The notes below the pieces were generated by a model. It had not been told where the DNA came from. It saw nothing but the letters and a program-made list of their open reading frames with translations, and made no database searches. A stretch of 64,000 nucleotides of DNA from Thermoanaerobacterales bacterium. Lineage in GTDB: Bacteria > Bacillota > Thermosediminibacteria > Thermosediminibacterales > Tepidanaerobacteraceae. Both the position numbers and the translations under genes were made by a program. Positions within the stretch are counted from its first letter, which is position 1. Every line of letters starts with the position of its first letter. The stretch lies in assembly GCA_012840135.1 (NCBI GenBank), contig DUMA01000018.1:119150-183149 (forward strand). Direction: 5' to 3'. Shown piece by piece: positions 32,973 through 42,562 of this stretch.

Positions 32973-33003
32973 CCGCCCCGGCTCAAAAGCCGGGGCGGTT
33001 TTT
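32973..33003 (+). terminator. Intrinsic terminator
   Basis: CCGCCCCGGC-TCAAAA-GCCGGGGCGG followed by TTTTT. Confidence 0.75.
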
Positions 33004-33121
33004 CAATGTTTGATTTCTATTCAGGGCGGGGTAATGGCGGAATTTTTTTTTGTTGAATTATTTAAAAACATGTGCTATAATTAAAATCCAACATATAGTA
33101 TATTGTATGGGTGAAAATTCA

Positions 33122-34054
33122 ATGATAGACAGACAGCTTTTGACTAAAAATGGAATAGCCGTTCTTCGGCTTGCCAGGGAGTTCCTGTCCCTGAAATCTG
33201 GGGATAGGATAGAAACTGTGGGTGACTATGCCGAGAAAATGAACCTGGGCCGCGGTACCATACAGTCGGCCATGAGATATCTGGAGGAAACCGGAGCTAT
33301 AAGATTAGAGGCAAGAGGCCATCTCGGAACTTACATTGAAAAAATCGACTATAAAAAACTCTGGGGAGTTTCCGGGTTGAGTAGTATAACAGGTGTTATG
33401 CCGCTGCCGTATTCCAGAAGATATGAAGGGCTGGCCACGGGGCTTTATAAAGCTTTTGAAAAAGCCAGCATCCCCTTTAACATGGCATATCTGAGGGGCG
33501 GTTACAACAGGATTGAAGCATTAGAGCAGGGCAAGTATGATTTTGCAGTCATGTCAAAGTTGGCAGCAGACATTAACATTGCTGAGGGTAGAGATATAGC
33601 GATAATATTCAGTCTTGGCAAGTATTCTTATGTCAAAGGCCACAAGGTTTTATTTGCCGACCCTGAATATAGAGAGATAACGGACGGCATGAAAGTTGCC
33701 ATAGACAATACTTCCATAGACCATTATGTTCTCACCAGATATGAATGTGAGGGGAAATCTGTAGAATATGTTCAGCTTTCATACAACCAGATTTTAAAGA
33801 GCCTGCTGGAGAAAAGGATTGATGCCGCTGTATGGAATATCGATGAAACGGAAGATCGCAATATGAATCTTCCCTATTATGATCTAACAAATCCCAAGGT
33901 GTTGAAATTAAACGAAGATGATACCGAGGCGGTTTTTGTGGTCAAAAAGACCAATTGGGGCGTTGACGGAGTCTTAAGGCATGCCATCGATAGGCAATTT
34001 GTATTGGACGTACAGAGGCAAGTCCTGGACGGCCATATTTTGCCCGAGTACTGA
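33122..34054 (+). CDS. yhfZ: YhfZ-like protein (HTH + substrate-binding-like domain)
   Basis: 310 aa from ATG 33122. ..GDYAEKMNLGRGTIQSAMRYLEETGAIRLEARGHLGTYI.. It is part of a complete yhf/php gene set whose sizes match the E. coli proteins. Confidence 0.6.
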   Translation: MIDRQLLTKNGIAVLRLAREFLSLKSGDRIETVGDYAEKMNLGRGTIQSAMRYLEETGAIRLEARGHLGTYIEKIDYKKLWGVSGLSSITGVMPLPYSRRYEGLATGLYKAFEKASIPFNMAYLRGGYNRIEALEQGKYDFAVMSKLAADINIAEGRDIAIIFSLGKYSYVKGHKVLFADPEYREITDGMKVAIDNTSIDHYVLTRYECEGKSVEYVQLSYNQILKSLLEKRIDAAVWNIDETEDRNMNLPYYDLTNPKVLKLNEDDTEAVFVVKKTNWGVDGVLRHAIDRQFVLDVQRQVLDGHILPEY

Positions 34055-34115
34055 TATTTATATTTAGGATACAATACAAAATTCTGTAGATTGAATAATA
34101 CTTGGGGGTAAAAAA

Positions 34116-35204
34116 ATGGAGATATTTCCTTTGGAATCTATAAATTTAGAAGAGGCAAAAGAGCTTCAGTTCAAACTGGTAGATATAATCACACGCCATT
34201 TTTCCGGTACCGAGTTTCTTTCGATGGGAGATGTAGGAGTGGTTCCGGGATTGGGCAGGCCCAGGACCACCGCCAGGGTTGAAAGGGTAATAGCCGAGTT
34301 TTTCGGGGCGGAGGATGTAGCCTTGGTTCGAGGTGCCGGTACGGGTTCCATACGTTTTGCTTTGCAAGCCTTGTTAAAACCCGGGGATAAAATACTAGTC
34401 CATGATGCTCCTGTTTATTCCACTACCGATACCACTTTCAGGACCATGGGCCTTGACATTGTGAAAGTCGATATGAATGAGACACAAAAAGTTTTGGAAG
34501 CCCTTACTTCCGATATCGATATGGTTTACATCCAACATTCGCGCCAGAAGATTTCTGACAGGTATGACATGTATGAAATCATAAGAGCAATAAGAAAGAT
34601 CTCCGGTGTTCCGATTGTCACCGATGAAAATTATACCGTTTTCAAGACCCGCTATATTGGGACCCAGTTAGGAGCTAATGCTTCATGTTTTTCACTATTC
34701 AAGCTATTGGGCCCTGAAGGTATAGGCTGTGTGGTGGGGGATAAGAAGGTCGTCGAAAGAGTCAGAGAGATGAATTATTCCGGCGGCGGGCAGGTTCAGG
34801 GGCCGGAGGCCATGGAAGCCCTCAGAGCTATGGTATATGTCCCCGTCATGCTGGCCATTCAGAGCGAGGAGATAGAAAAGGTGGCAAAGGCCGTAAACGA
34901 AGGTAAGATACCTGGAGCTATTGCCGCATATATAGCCAATGCCCAGTCGCGAACGGTGCTGGTGGAGCTAAAAGAACCTATTTCTCAAAAAGTCATTGAA
35001 GAAGCCAATAAATTGGGAGCTGCTCCCTATCCCGTCGGTGCAGAATCAAGGTATGAAATAACTCCAATGTTTTACAGGGCGTCGGGCACATTTATTAAGG
35101 ATAACCCTAAAATGAAGGACTACCTCATAAGGGTGAACCCCATGCGTGCCGGGAGTGGTACCGTGCTGCGGATTTTAAAACAAGCCATTGAGAAAGTCAG
35201 GTGA
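34116..35204 (+). CDS. yhfS: YhfS-like PLP-dependent aminotransferase-fold protein
   Basis: 362 aa. MEIFPLESINLEEAKELQFKLVDIITRHF...GAGTGSIRFAL follows the YhfS pattern recalled from E. coli. Confidence 0.6.
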   Translation: MEIFPLESINLEEAKELQFKLVDIITRHFSGTEFLSMGDVGVVPGLGRPRTTARVERVIAEFFGAEDVALVRGAGTGSIRFALQALLKPGDKILVHDAPVYSTTDTTFRTMGLDIVKVDMNETQKVLEALTSDIDMVYIQHSRQKISDRYDMYEIIRAIRKISGVPIVTDENYTVFKTRYIGTQLGANASCFSLFKLLGPEGIGCVVGDKKVVERVREMNYSGGGQVQGPEAMEALRAMVYVPVMLAIQSEEIEKVAKAVNEGKIPGAIAAYIANAQSRTVLVELKEPISQKVIEEANKLGAAPYPVGAESRYEITPMFYRASGTFIKDNPKMKDYLIRVNPMRAGSGTVLRILKQAIEKVR

Positions 35205-35209
35205 TTCAA

Positions 35210-36367
35210 ATGTTTTTAGAGGCAACTTTGAAGAACAATCCAGAACTGATAGAAGCTGCTGCGGCTTTTCATAAAAAAGGTTTAATAGAGCCCAATACCT
35301 ATTGTATAGATCTGGATTCGGTCGGGAAAAACGCGAATTTAATAGCAGAAACGGGCAAAAAGCTTGGAATAAATTTATACTTTATGACAAAACAGTTTGG
35401 CAGAAATCCTGTAGTGGCGAAGACTATAGTGCAGGCGGGCATTGAAAGTGCTGTAGCAGTGGATATGGATGAAGCCAGGGTTCTCTATAAAAACGGTATT
35501 ACTATAGGACACATGGGCCACATAGTCCAGGTGCCCCGAGCATTGTTAAAGGAAGCTTTGCAGATGAAACCTGAAGTTGTCACCTGCTTCAGCCTGGAAA
35601 AAGCTCGGGAGATAAATGATGCGGCCAGTGAGCTGGGGATAGTGCAAAATATTCTTTTAAGGGTTGTAGATGATGGCGACTGCATATATCCGGGGCAGGA
35701 GGGAGGAATCCCTTTAAAAGATCTGGAAAGGACTGCATTGGCCATAAAAAAGTTTGCAAACGTTAGGATCGTAGGAGTAACATCTTTCCCATGTCTGCTG
35801 TATGACTATGATTCTGCAAAAATAGAGCCTACGGCAAATTTATACACTATAACAACGGCGGCACGGCAGTTAAAGGATATGGGCTTTGATATTACCCAGA
35901 TCAATGCTCCCAGCGTCACCTGTGTATCAACTATGCCTCTTTTAAAGGAGACGGGAGCCACACACGGAGAACCCGGCCATTCCCTTACGGGCACCACGCC
36001 GCTTCATTCAAGGGGGCAGGAGCCGGAAGTTCAGTCCATGGTTTATGTTACGGAAGTTTCCCATAGTAATGAAAAAAGAGCTTATGTGTTCGGCGGCGGT
36101 TTCTACCCACGCTCCCGGTTGGAAAAGGCGTATATTCCCGATAAAAAACTTATATTAGAGGCAAGAGATATTTCTCCTGAATCCATCGATTATTATACTT
36201 CACTGGAAACCGAAGGTACCAAACTCTACCCCGGTGAAACGGTGATATATTCTTTCAGGACCCAGATCTTCGTTACCAGGTCAAAGGTGGCAATCATAGA
36301 GGGGATACACAAAGGTGAACCCAGAATTCTGGGCATATTCAACTCTATGGGAGATAGAATAAGATGA
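35210..36367 (+). CDS. yhfX: YhfX-like alanine-racemase-N-terminal-domain protein
   Basis: MFLEATLKNNPELIEAA...YFMTKQFGRNP.. About 385 aa. A GTG at 35201 is an alternative start overlapping the yhfS-like stop. Confidence 0.6.
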   Translation: MFLEATLKNNPELIEAAAAFHKKGLIEPNTYCIDLDSVGKNANLIAETGKKLGINLYFMTKQFGRNPVVAKTIVQAGIESAVAVDMDEARVLYKNGITIGHMGHIVQVPRALLKEALQMKPEVVTCFSLEKAREINDAASELGIVQNILLRVVDDGDCIYPGQEGGIPLKDLERTALAIKKFANVRIVGVTSFPCLLYDYDSAKIEPTANLYTITTAARQLKDMGFDITQINAPSVTCVSTMPLLKETGATHGEPGHSLTGTTPLHSRGQEPEVQSMVYVTEVSHSNEKRAYVFGGGFYPRSRLEKAYIPDKKLILEARDISPESIDYYTSLETEGTKLYPGETVIYSFRTQIFVTRSKVAIIEGIHKGEPRILGIFNSMGDRIR

Positions 36368-37569
36368 AGAGGGTTATATTGCTGGTAATAGATAGTCTGG
36401 GTGTCGGTGAAATGGAGGATGTGATGAAAGTGCGGCCGCAAGATAAGGGAGCCAATACCTTAAAGCATGTGGCCGAAGCTGTAAAAGATTTTAACATTCC
36501 GAGCCTTGAGGCCCTGGGCGTCGGGTATCTGGTGGATTCGGAGAAAATAAAAAGGCCGGCAAACCCTCTTGGAAGTTATGGCAAAAGCAAGCTTGCCCAT
36601 TTTGGAGCCGACACCTATCAGGGGCATCAGGAGATAATGGGGAGCAAGCCCAGAATGCCGGTAGTAAAACCTTTTATTAAATTTATGGACCGGGTCGAAA
36701 AAGCCCTTAAAAAAGCAGGATATGATGTAAAAATACTGGATCCGGAACACCCTTTCCTCCTCGTGAACGGCCTTGTGACAGTGGCGGACAACATAGAGGC
36801 GGACCCCGGGCAAAACTACAATGTCACCGCACCCCTGGATTATATATCTTTTGAGGAAGAATTGGCCATAGGCAGGATTGTCAGGGAAAATGTGGAAGTC
36901 GGCAGGGTTATTGTCCTGGGTGGAAGGGATATTGCCGTGGATGATATTTTAAAAGCTGTTGAATTCAAGGATGGTTCCATTACCGGCATCGATTGCCCCA
37001 AATCCGGGGTTTACAGGAGCGGCTACATGGTAAGACACCTGGGATACGGTGTAAACCCCGAAGTTCAGGTCCCGACACTGCTTCACCGGCAAGGCTATCC
37101 CGTATCACTCATCGGCAAGATGGCAGATGTGATAGAGTGTGATGGTGCGGAATATCTTCCCATGGTGGAGACGGAAGGAGTCATGGAATTAATTCTGGAA
37201 AAAATGATTTCCCAGAAAACCGGCCTTATCGCCGCCAATGTCCAGGAGACGGACCTGGCAGGCCATGCTATGGATGCCTCAAGATATGCTGAAAGGTTGA
37301 TGACGGCGGACCTTTATCTTAAAAGTATTTTAGAGCAGATGAAAGAGCAGGACTTGCTTATTATCACAGGAGATCACGGCAATGATCCCACCATAGGCCA
37401 CAGCCATCACACCAGGGAAAAAGCCCTTTTGCTGGTGTATGGAAAGAAACTGAAGGCCGTGAATCTGGGAGAAAGGGATACCCTTTCCGACATAGGTGCC
37501 ACCATATCCGATTATTTCGGCATACAAAAGCCCGAACACGGGAGTAGTTTTCTAAACTTGATTGGTTAA
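36364..37569 (+). CDS. yhfW: YhfW-like phosphopentomutase/metalloenzyme-superfamily protein
   Basis: MKRVILLVIDSLGVGEM...ETDLAGH...ITGDHGNDPT..HSHHTRE are alkaline-phosphatase-superfamily mutase motifs. ATGA overlap with the previous gene. Confidence 0.7.
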   Translation: MKRVILLVIDSLGVGEMEDVMKVRPQDKGANTLKHVAEAVKDFNIPSLEALGVGYLVDSEKIKRPANPLGSYGKSKLAHFGADTYQGHQEIMGSKPRMPVVKPFIKFMDRVEKALKKAGYDVKILDPEHPFLLVNGLVTVADNIEADPGQNYNVTAPLDYISFEEELAIGRIVRENVEVGRVIVLGGRDIAVDDILKAVEFKDGSITGIDCPKSGVYRSGYMVRHLGYGVNPEVQVPTLLHRQGYPVSLIGKMADVIECDGAEYLPMVETEGVMELILEKMISQKTGLIAANVQETDLAGHAMDASRYAERLMTADLYLKSILEQMKEQDLLIITGDHGNDPTIGHSHHTREKALLLVYGKKLKAVNLGERDTLSDIGATISDYFGIQKPEHGSSFLNLIG

Positions 37570-37581
37570 AGGGGAGTCAAG

Positions 37582-37938
37582 ATGGACAGCGAGATTCTTG
37601 AAAGACTTGAGATATTGCATACATCGGGTCAAATAAGCAAAGAGGATAAGGACAAGACCCTAAAGGCTATAAAATATTTAGAAAATAAACTAAAGATTAA
37701 GGTGGAAAAAGAAATAGGCGGGATGTTTGCCACTCATCTGGCTAAGGCCCTTTCCCGTATTGCCTGCAATGAAGCCATAGAGGAGAGTAGTGAGGAAGCT
37801 GAAGTTGCCGTAAGAGAACATCCTGAGATTTTACGAGAGGCCGAAATACTTTTTGAGGATACTCTTGGTATAAAAGATGTTCCAAAAGGTGAAATAAACT
37901 TTATAGCTATGTATATGAATTTACTGTTGAACTCATAA
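37582..37938 (+). CDS. yhfY: Small PRD-domain protein (YhfY-like)
   Basis: 118 aa, all-helical, with ..FATHLAKALSRI... Size and position fit YhfY. Confidence 0.5.
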   Translation: MDSEILERLEILHTSGQISKEDKDKTLKAIKYLENKLKIKVEKEIGGMFATHLAKALSRIACNEAIEESSEEAEVAVREHPEILREAEILFEDTLGIKDVPKGEINFIAMYMNLLLNS

Positions 37939-38018
37939 TTTTATAAGGAGGTGGTGGGCGGTTCATAAAAGTTCAAAACCATCGGAGGAAATTTTTTTAA
38001 AGAAAGGAGTTGGGAATA

Positions 38019-38396
38019 ATGCCTATACGCATTGTTGTGGGAGGCCTGAATAAGGATGCTATTGAAAGAGCCGCAAGATCTGCGGGAGGGGATAATGTTA
38101 CCGTGGCTGTAATGTCAGACTTTGAAGCCGCAAAAAAGATAAAACAGGGCCAGGCCGATTACTATTTCGGTGCCTGCAACAGCGGGGGCGGTGCTGCTCT
38201 GTCGATTCCAATAGGAATATTAGGTTATGGCAACTGTGCCACTGTGGCAAAGGCTGGTGGCCGCCCTAAAGCTGAAGAAATAGACAAGCTTGTTCAGGCC
38301 GGCAAGATTGCCTTCGGTATGTCAGTTGAAGCTATTGACGAGGCGGTGCCCATGTTGGTAAAAAGCATCCTTAAAAAACATGGAATTTTAAATTAG
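38019..38396 (+). CDS. yhfU: DUF2620 protein (YhfU-like)
   Basis: The ATG at 38019 follows AAGGAG. MPIRIVVGGLNKD...GACNSGGGAAL.. Confidence 0.55.
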   Translation: MPIRIVVGGLNKDAIERAARSAGGDNVTVAVMSDFEAAKKIKQGQADYYFGACNSGGGAALSIPIGILGYGNCATVAKAGGRPKAEEIDKLVQAGKIAFGMSVEAIDEAVPMLVKSILKKHGILN

Positions 38397-38416
38397 TGTA
38401 AAGGGGGAACAAACAA

Positions 38417-39742
38417 ATGTTTATCAAGTTAGGTGTGGTAGCGGTTCTGTGTGCTCTTACTTCTTTAGCTTCTCACTACGGTCGCGCGGTATTTCATGAT
38501 GGTATACGTCCCATCATGCCGGAGTATTATCAAGGGCGCATGAAAAGGGCTGAAATGAGCTCGGTAGCTTTTGGCTTGAGTGCGGGATTTATCGTGTCGG
38601 TTGGATTTGCTTTTACGCTTTCTTCAAACCTTCTCAACCCCTGGCTGCTATTTTTGCCCACGGATATTCTGGGGGTCGTAGCCCCGTATTCATGGCTGGC
38701 GGCAGTCCTGGGCGCAGGTTGGGGTATAGGTGTGACGGCATTTTTTGGTGCATTGAACACCCTGTTCAAATTAATGCCTGTCAATATGCTGGATGCCTTA
38801 GGAGCACTGTCATCCCCGGTTATAGCAGGATTTGCCCTATTTCCTGTGCTGGCTATTTTTTCCCAGTTTGGTTGGAAGAAAGGTGCCATTACTCTTGTCC
38901 TTGAACTTATCGCAAGGCAGCTGGCGGCATTAAAAATCATTACCGTAGGCGGAACCCCAATATATGCGGAAGCTCTGGAAATGTTCATTGGTGTAATAAT
39001 GTTGATAATCTTTGCGATATCTAAAGATATGGGGGCAAAAGACAAAGCATCAGGTGAAAATATTTTTGAGGCTAACACCAGACGTATATTTAATTCACTG
39101 CCTTTATTGATGGTCATTGGCGGTCTTGTGGCACTCATCAGCAACATGAAATGGTTTGCGGGTTCCGAAGTTGACTTTCAGCTCTTAAGTCAGATATATG
39201 CAACGGGAAATAAAGGCCAGCTCATAAGTGTGGCGGCTGCTGACTTCGTCCGTGGATTGGCGTTTCTACCGCTGATTGTCACGACATCACTGGCATCCGG
39301 TGTTTACGGAGTTGTGGGTTTGACTTTCGTATATCCTGTAGGTTACTGGCTCGCGCCAACGCTATTTGGCGAAGGTTTCTTTGGTCATATTATGGCCTTT
39401 GTACTGGGAGCTTTGACAATACTGGCCGAGGTGTCCGCTCTCCGATTGGTGGGCGTGGGCCTGGAAAAATTCCCTTCAATCCGTGAAGCATCTGACAATA
39501 TAAGGACTTCCATGAATAATGTGCTGGAAATTGCCCTTCTCGTAGGTTCTGCCATGGCGGTGCTCAACATGAACCCGCCGGGAGTGCAGGGTCAGAACTG
39601 GCTTGCCTTTGCTATATTTGCATCACTTTATATGATAAACGAAACTCTTGGCCGTCCTATCATAAGGCTCGCATCATCACCGCTGGCGGCTATAATTACA
39701 GGGATTCTGGTAAATATCTTCTATTTGATTCATCTAATGTAG
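38417..39742 (+). CDS. yhfT: YhfT-like polytopic membrane transporter
   Basis: 441 aa, about 11-12 hydrophobic segments. It is adjacent to the DUF2620 gene, as in E. coli yhfT-yhfU. Confidence 0.55.
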   Translation: MFIKLGVVAVLCALTSLASHYGRAVFHDGIRPIMPEYYQGRMKRAEMSSVAFGLSAGFIVSVGFAFTLSSNLLNPWLLFLPTDILGVVAPYSWLAAVLGAGWGIGVTAFFGALNTLFKLMPVNMLDALGALSSPVIAGFALFPVLAIFSQFGWKKGAITLVLELIARQLAALKIITVGGTPIYAEALEMFIGVIMLIIFAISKDMGAKDKASGENIFEANTRRIFNSLPLLMVIGGLVALISNMKWFAGSEVDFQLLSQIYATGNKGQLISVAAADFVRGLAFLPLIVTTSLASGVYGVVGLTFVYPVGYWLAPTLFGEGFFGHIMAFVLGALTILAEVSALRLVGVGLEKFPSIREASDNIRTSMNNVLEIALLVGSAMAVLNMNPPGVQGQNWLAFAIFASLYMINETLGRPIIRLASSPLAAIITGILVNIFYLIHLM

Positions 39743-39814
39743 TAAAGTTTTTGGGGAGGGGTATTGGGTTTGCCAATTTTCTCCTCCCCTTTTTTCCTAA
39801 GGAGGTTTTTTAGA

Positions 39815-40738
39815 ATGGATAAAAAAATCCAAACCGTCACCGGCGAAGTAAAGAAGGATAAAATCAAGGGAGCCATGGTACATGAACATCTGGCTATGGA
39901 CCTTTCCGGTGTGAGGGGAGAAACCACGTCGATTCTTGGCAACCAGGAAACCCTTCCGGCTATCAGTGAAGAGCTTAATACTCTTAAGGAACTAGGGGTA
40001 AATACCATCGTTGAGCTGACAAACATAGGAATGGGCAGAAATCCTGGACTTCTTAAAGAATTGGCGGAGAAAAATGAACTATATATCGTAGCGGGAACCG
40101 GTTATTACAAAGAAGAATACTATCCTCCGGAAGTTGTTGAGTTATCTTTAGAAGAATTGGCGGAAAAGTTGACGAATGAGATTTTGTCAGATATGGAGAA
40201 TACCGGGATAAAAGCAGGTGTATATGGCGAAATAGGCAGTAGCTACAACGTTATAACTCCGTCGGAACAAAAGGTTTTCCGGGCCGTAGCAAGATCCCAT
40301 AAGGTTACCGGAGCACCTATAAGTACTCATTGCGAACTTGGAACTATGGGACTTGAGCAGAGAAAGATTTTCGATGAAGAAGACATTTCACCTGAAAAAA
40401 TTTCTTTTGGCCACCAGGATCTAAACGAAAATATTCATGAGCAATTAGAGCTGTTAAGGTGGGGTGCTTTTATACAATTTGACACTATAGGGAAGGTCCG
40501 ATATCGCACTGATGAAGCGAGGATTCAAAATTTGCTTGAGCTGTTAGATAAAGGTTTTGAAAACAATATATTGCTTTCCTGTGATATTACAAGGAAAACT
40601 TATTTAAAAAAATTCGGAGGCCATGGATATGTATATTTATATGAGTCTTTCCTGGAAAAACTGCAAAAGCAGGGGGTGACCTGTGACATCATTAAAAAAA
40701 TGACTGTAGAAAATCCGAGCAGATTCCTCGCTTTTTAG
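39815..40738 (+). CDS. php: Phosphotriesterase-homology protein (amidohydrolase superfamily)
   Basis: ATG at 39815 follows AAGGAGG. ..GAMVHEHL.. is the HxH metal motif. ..STHCE.. and ..FGHQD.. are further metal-ligand blocks. 307 aa. Confidence 0.75.
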   Translation: MDKKIQTVTGEVKKDKIKGAMVHEHLAMDLSGVRGETTSILGNQETLPAISEELNTLKELGVNTIVELTNIGMGRNPGLLKELAEKNELYIVAGTGYYKEEYYPPEVVELSLEELAEKLTNEILSDMENTGIKAGVYGEIGSSYNVITPSEQKVFRAVARSHKVTGAPISTHCELGTMGLEQRKIFDEEDISPEKISFGHQDLNENIHEQLELLRWGAFIQFDTIGKVRYRTDEARIQNLLELLDKGFENNILLSCDITRKTYLKKFGGHGYVYLYESFLEKLQKQGVTCDIIKKMTVENPSRFLAF

Positions 40739-40759
40739 GAACTGATTAGGAGGAATTTC

Positions 40760-41899
40760 ATGTCTCAAAGAACTTCTTTTGAAAAATCTACTGAAATGAT
40801 TAGACTGGTAGGAGCCCTTATGAGGGCCCAAAAACATTTACTCACTTCGGTAGTTTCTATAGTTGGAGATATTCAGGAACAGGCAGAAAGGTATGTGAAA
40901 AGTGATATAGAACGCCCCCTTTGCCTTTTGGGCATAAAGGAAAAAGGAGTGCCTACCTGGGTAAAAGATCGCCTTACTCCAGAAAAGGGTTACATTCATA
41001 TCACGGTGGATAGGATGGCACCCGGCGGAAGAGCTATTGATACGGGACTTATAAACCCTCTCACAGGGAAGATGATGACCGGTTCCACCAGCGGTGCTGC
41101 TGTTAATCTGCTAAAGGGCATAACCGATATTGCTATAGGAACCGATGGCGGTGGTTCGGTACTGGGGCCTGCTCTGGCTACACAGCTTTTTGCGGTAATG
41201 GGGAAAGGACTGGGCTTAGGAACCGGCGAGCACCATAAAGCTACTGATGGAAAATGGTTTGAGCCTGCAATAGGAATACTGGGGCGAAATCTTGAAGAAA
41301 TACTAAAAACGGTAGAAGATTTAATGGATATGCCAGGGGAGTTTCTGAGAGAAAGGCAAAATAAAGATTTATCAGGAATCAAGATCGGGTATCCATGGCC
41401 CGGCATTACTTTGCCAGACGGTAAAGACATGGCTGATGCCCTCAGACCTGCAGCAAGAAACCTGGAGGCACGAGGGGCCGAAACTTTCGAAATCAAAGCT
41501 CCTGATGGTCTATGGGACAGGCAACAATCCTTATCATGGCTTCGTTCCATATGGAGCGAAAAAAACAGTTGTGAAAATCCCTGTGATGTTATTGTTACCA
41601 GAGAAGGGCCTGTAGACCTTTTTGGAATTGGTGATTCGGTGGCAGGATTGTTGGGAGAAACGGGAGAGCTTTTGCAAAAATCCTCCGGTAAATATCTATT
41701 GAGATCGGCAAATATGGCCGGATGCACAGCCCTGGCGATACCCGGCAGGGAACTTGCTTCTGGATATATAGTTATTTGCCCGCAAGGAGTTGAGAGTGCA
41801 AAAAAAGCAGTAAGGGTTGCCGGATGCCTGGTTGAATATGATGAGCGCCCGGCGCTTTTTGAAGAGTATTTTGGAAAGAAATTGTTTGACCTTCCATGA
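40760..41899 (+). CDS. Amidase-signature-like protein
   Basis: GSTSGAAVNLLKGITDIAIGTDGGGSVLGPA resembles the G-S-S-G / GTDxGGS core of amidase-signature enzymes. It is shorter than typical members. Confidence 0.45.
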   Translation: MSQRTSFEKSTEMIRLVGALMRAQKHLLTSVVSIVGDIQEQAERYVKSDIERPLCLLGIKEKGVPTWVKDRLTPEKGYIHITVDRMAPGGRAIDTGLINPLTGKMMTGSTSGAAVNLLKGITDIAIGTDGGGSVLGPALATQLFAVMGKGLGLGTGEHHKATDGKWFEPAIGILGRNLEEILKTVEDLMDMPGEFLRERQNKDLSGIKIGYPWPGITLPDGKDMADALRPAARNLEARGAETFEIKAPDGLWDRQQSLSWLRSIWSEKNSCENPCDVIVTREGPVDLFGIGDSVAGLLGETGELLQKSSGKYLLRSANMAGCTALAIPGRELASGYIVICPQGVESAKKAVRVAGCLVEYDERPALFEEYFGKKLFDLP

Positions 41900-41932
41900 T
41901 GTTGGAATTAAAATAATTTAAAAGTATGAAAG

Positions 41933-41991
41933 AAAGCCGCTGCCGTGAGCTTCACGGTTCAGCGGCTTTAAAAACTGCTGTGAAAATGCAC
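41933..41991. repeat. Terminator-like hairpin repeat element (copies at 61735-61793; partial at 54676-54705)
   Basis: AAAGCCGCTG..CAGCGGCTTT stem plus a conserved tail AAAAA(C)TGCTGT(G/A)AAAATGCAC. It sits between convergent genes. Confidence 0.6.
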
Positions 41992-42537
41992 CTCCCTGTT
42001 GGAGACGGGAATATGATGTGCCGCCGGTGGCTGGGGAGATGCTGCCGCCACAGTTGGCTGTAACGCAGGCTGTGAAGAAGGCACCTGTACTGCCGGCACC
42101 TCCACCGTCGGTGGCGGTGATGGTTTCGACGCTGAAGGCATTTCTATCCCTGGTGCCTCAGCTTGTGGTACTTCAACTTTCAATGCACCGGCTACCGGTG
42201 CACGGGATACCGGGGGTTCCATTTGAACGCCCGGGGTGTCATTTCTATAGATCATCACACCGCCGTCTTCCACGATCAGCTCCCTGTAAATCAACTTGTT
42301 ATATATGAGCTCGCCGGAAGAATGTATTACCAGACTGTAGGCTTCGACATTTCCCTGGACCTTTCCGGCAATTACCAGCGCCCTGGTTTTTATGTTGCCT
42401 TTTATATGGCCCGAAGGGGCAACGAATACATTCATGCCGTTGCTGATATCTCCGTTGAAGGCTCCACTGATTTCCACGTAGCCGCAGTCTTCTTGGGAAG
42501 GGGATTGCGGATGCAGGAAATTATTTAATAAATTCAT
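41968..42537 (-). CDS. Bactofilin-domain protein with a Pro/Ala-rich C-terminal tail
   Basis: ..GHIKGNIKTRALVIAGKVQGNVEAYSLVIHSSGELIY.. is a beta-helical bactofilin repeat. ATG at 42537; the listed ORF extends to 42585. Confidence 0.65.
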   Translation of the reverse strand: MNLLNNFLHPQSPSQEDCGYVEISGAFNGDISNGMNVFVAPSGHIKGNIKTRALVIAGKVQGNVEAYSLVIHSSGELIYNKLIYRELIVEDGGVMIYRNDTPGVQMEPPVSRAPVAGALKVEVPQAEAPGIEMPSASKPSPPPTVEVPAVQVPSSQPALQPTVAAASPQPPAAHHIPVSNREVHFHSSF

Positions 42538-42562
42538 TATATTCCTGTTCAAGCATATCACC

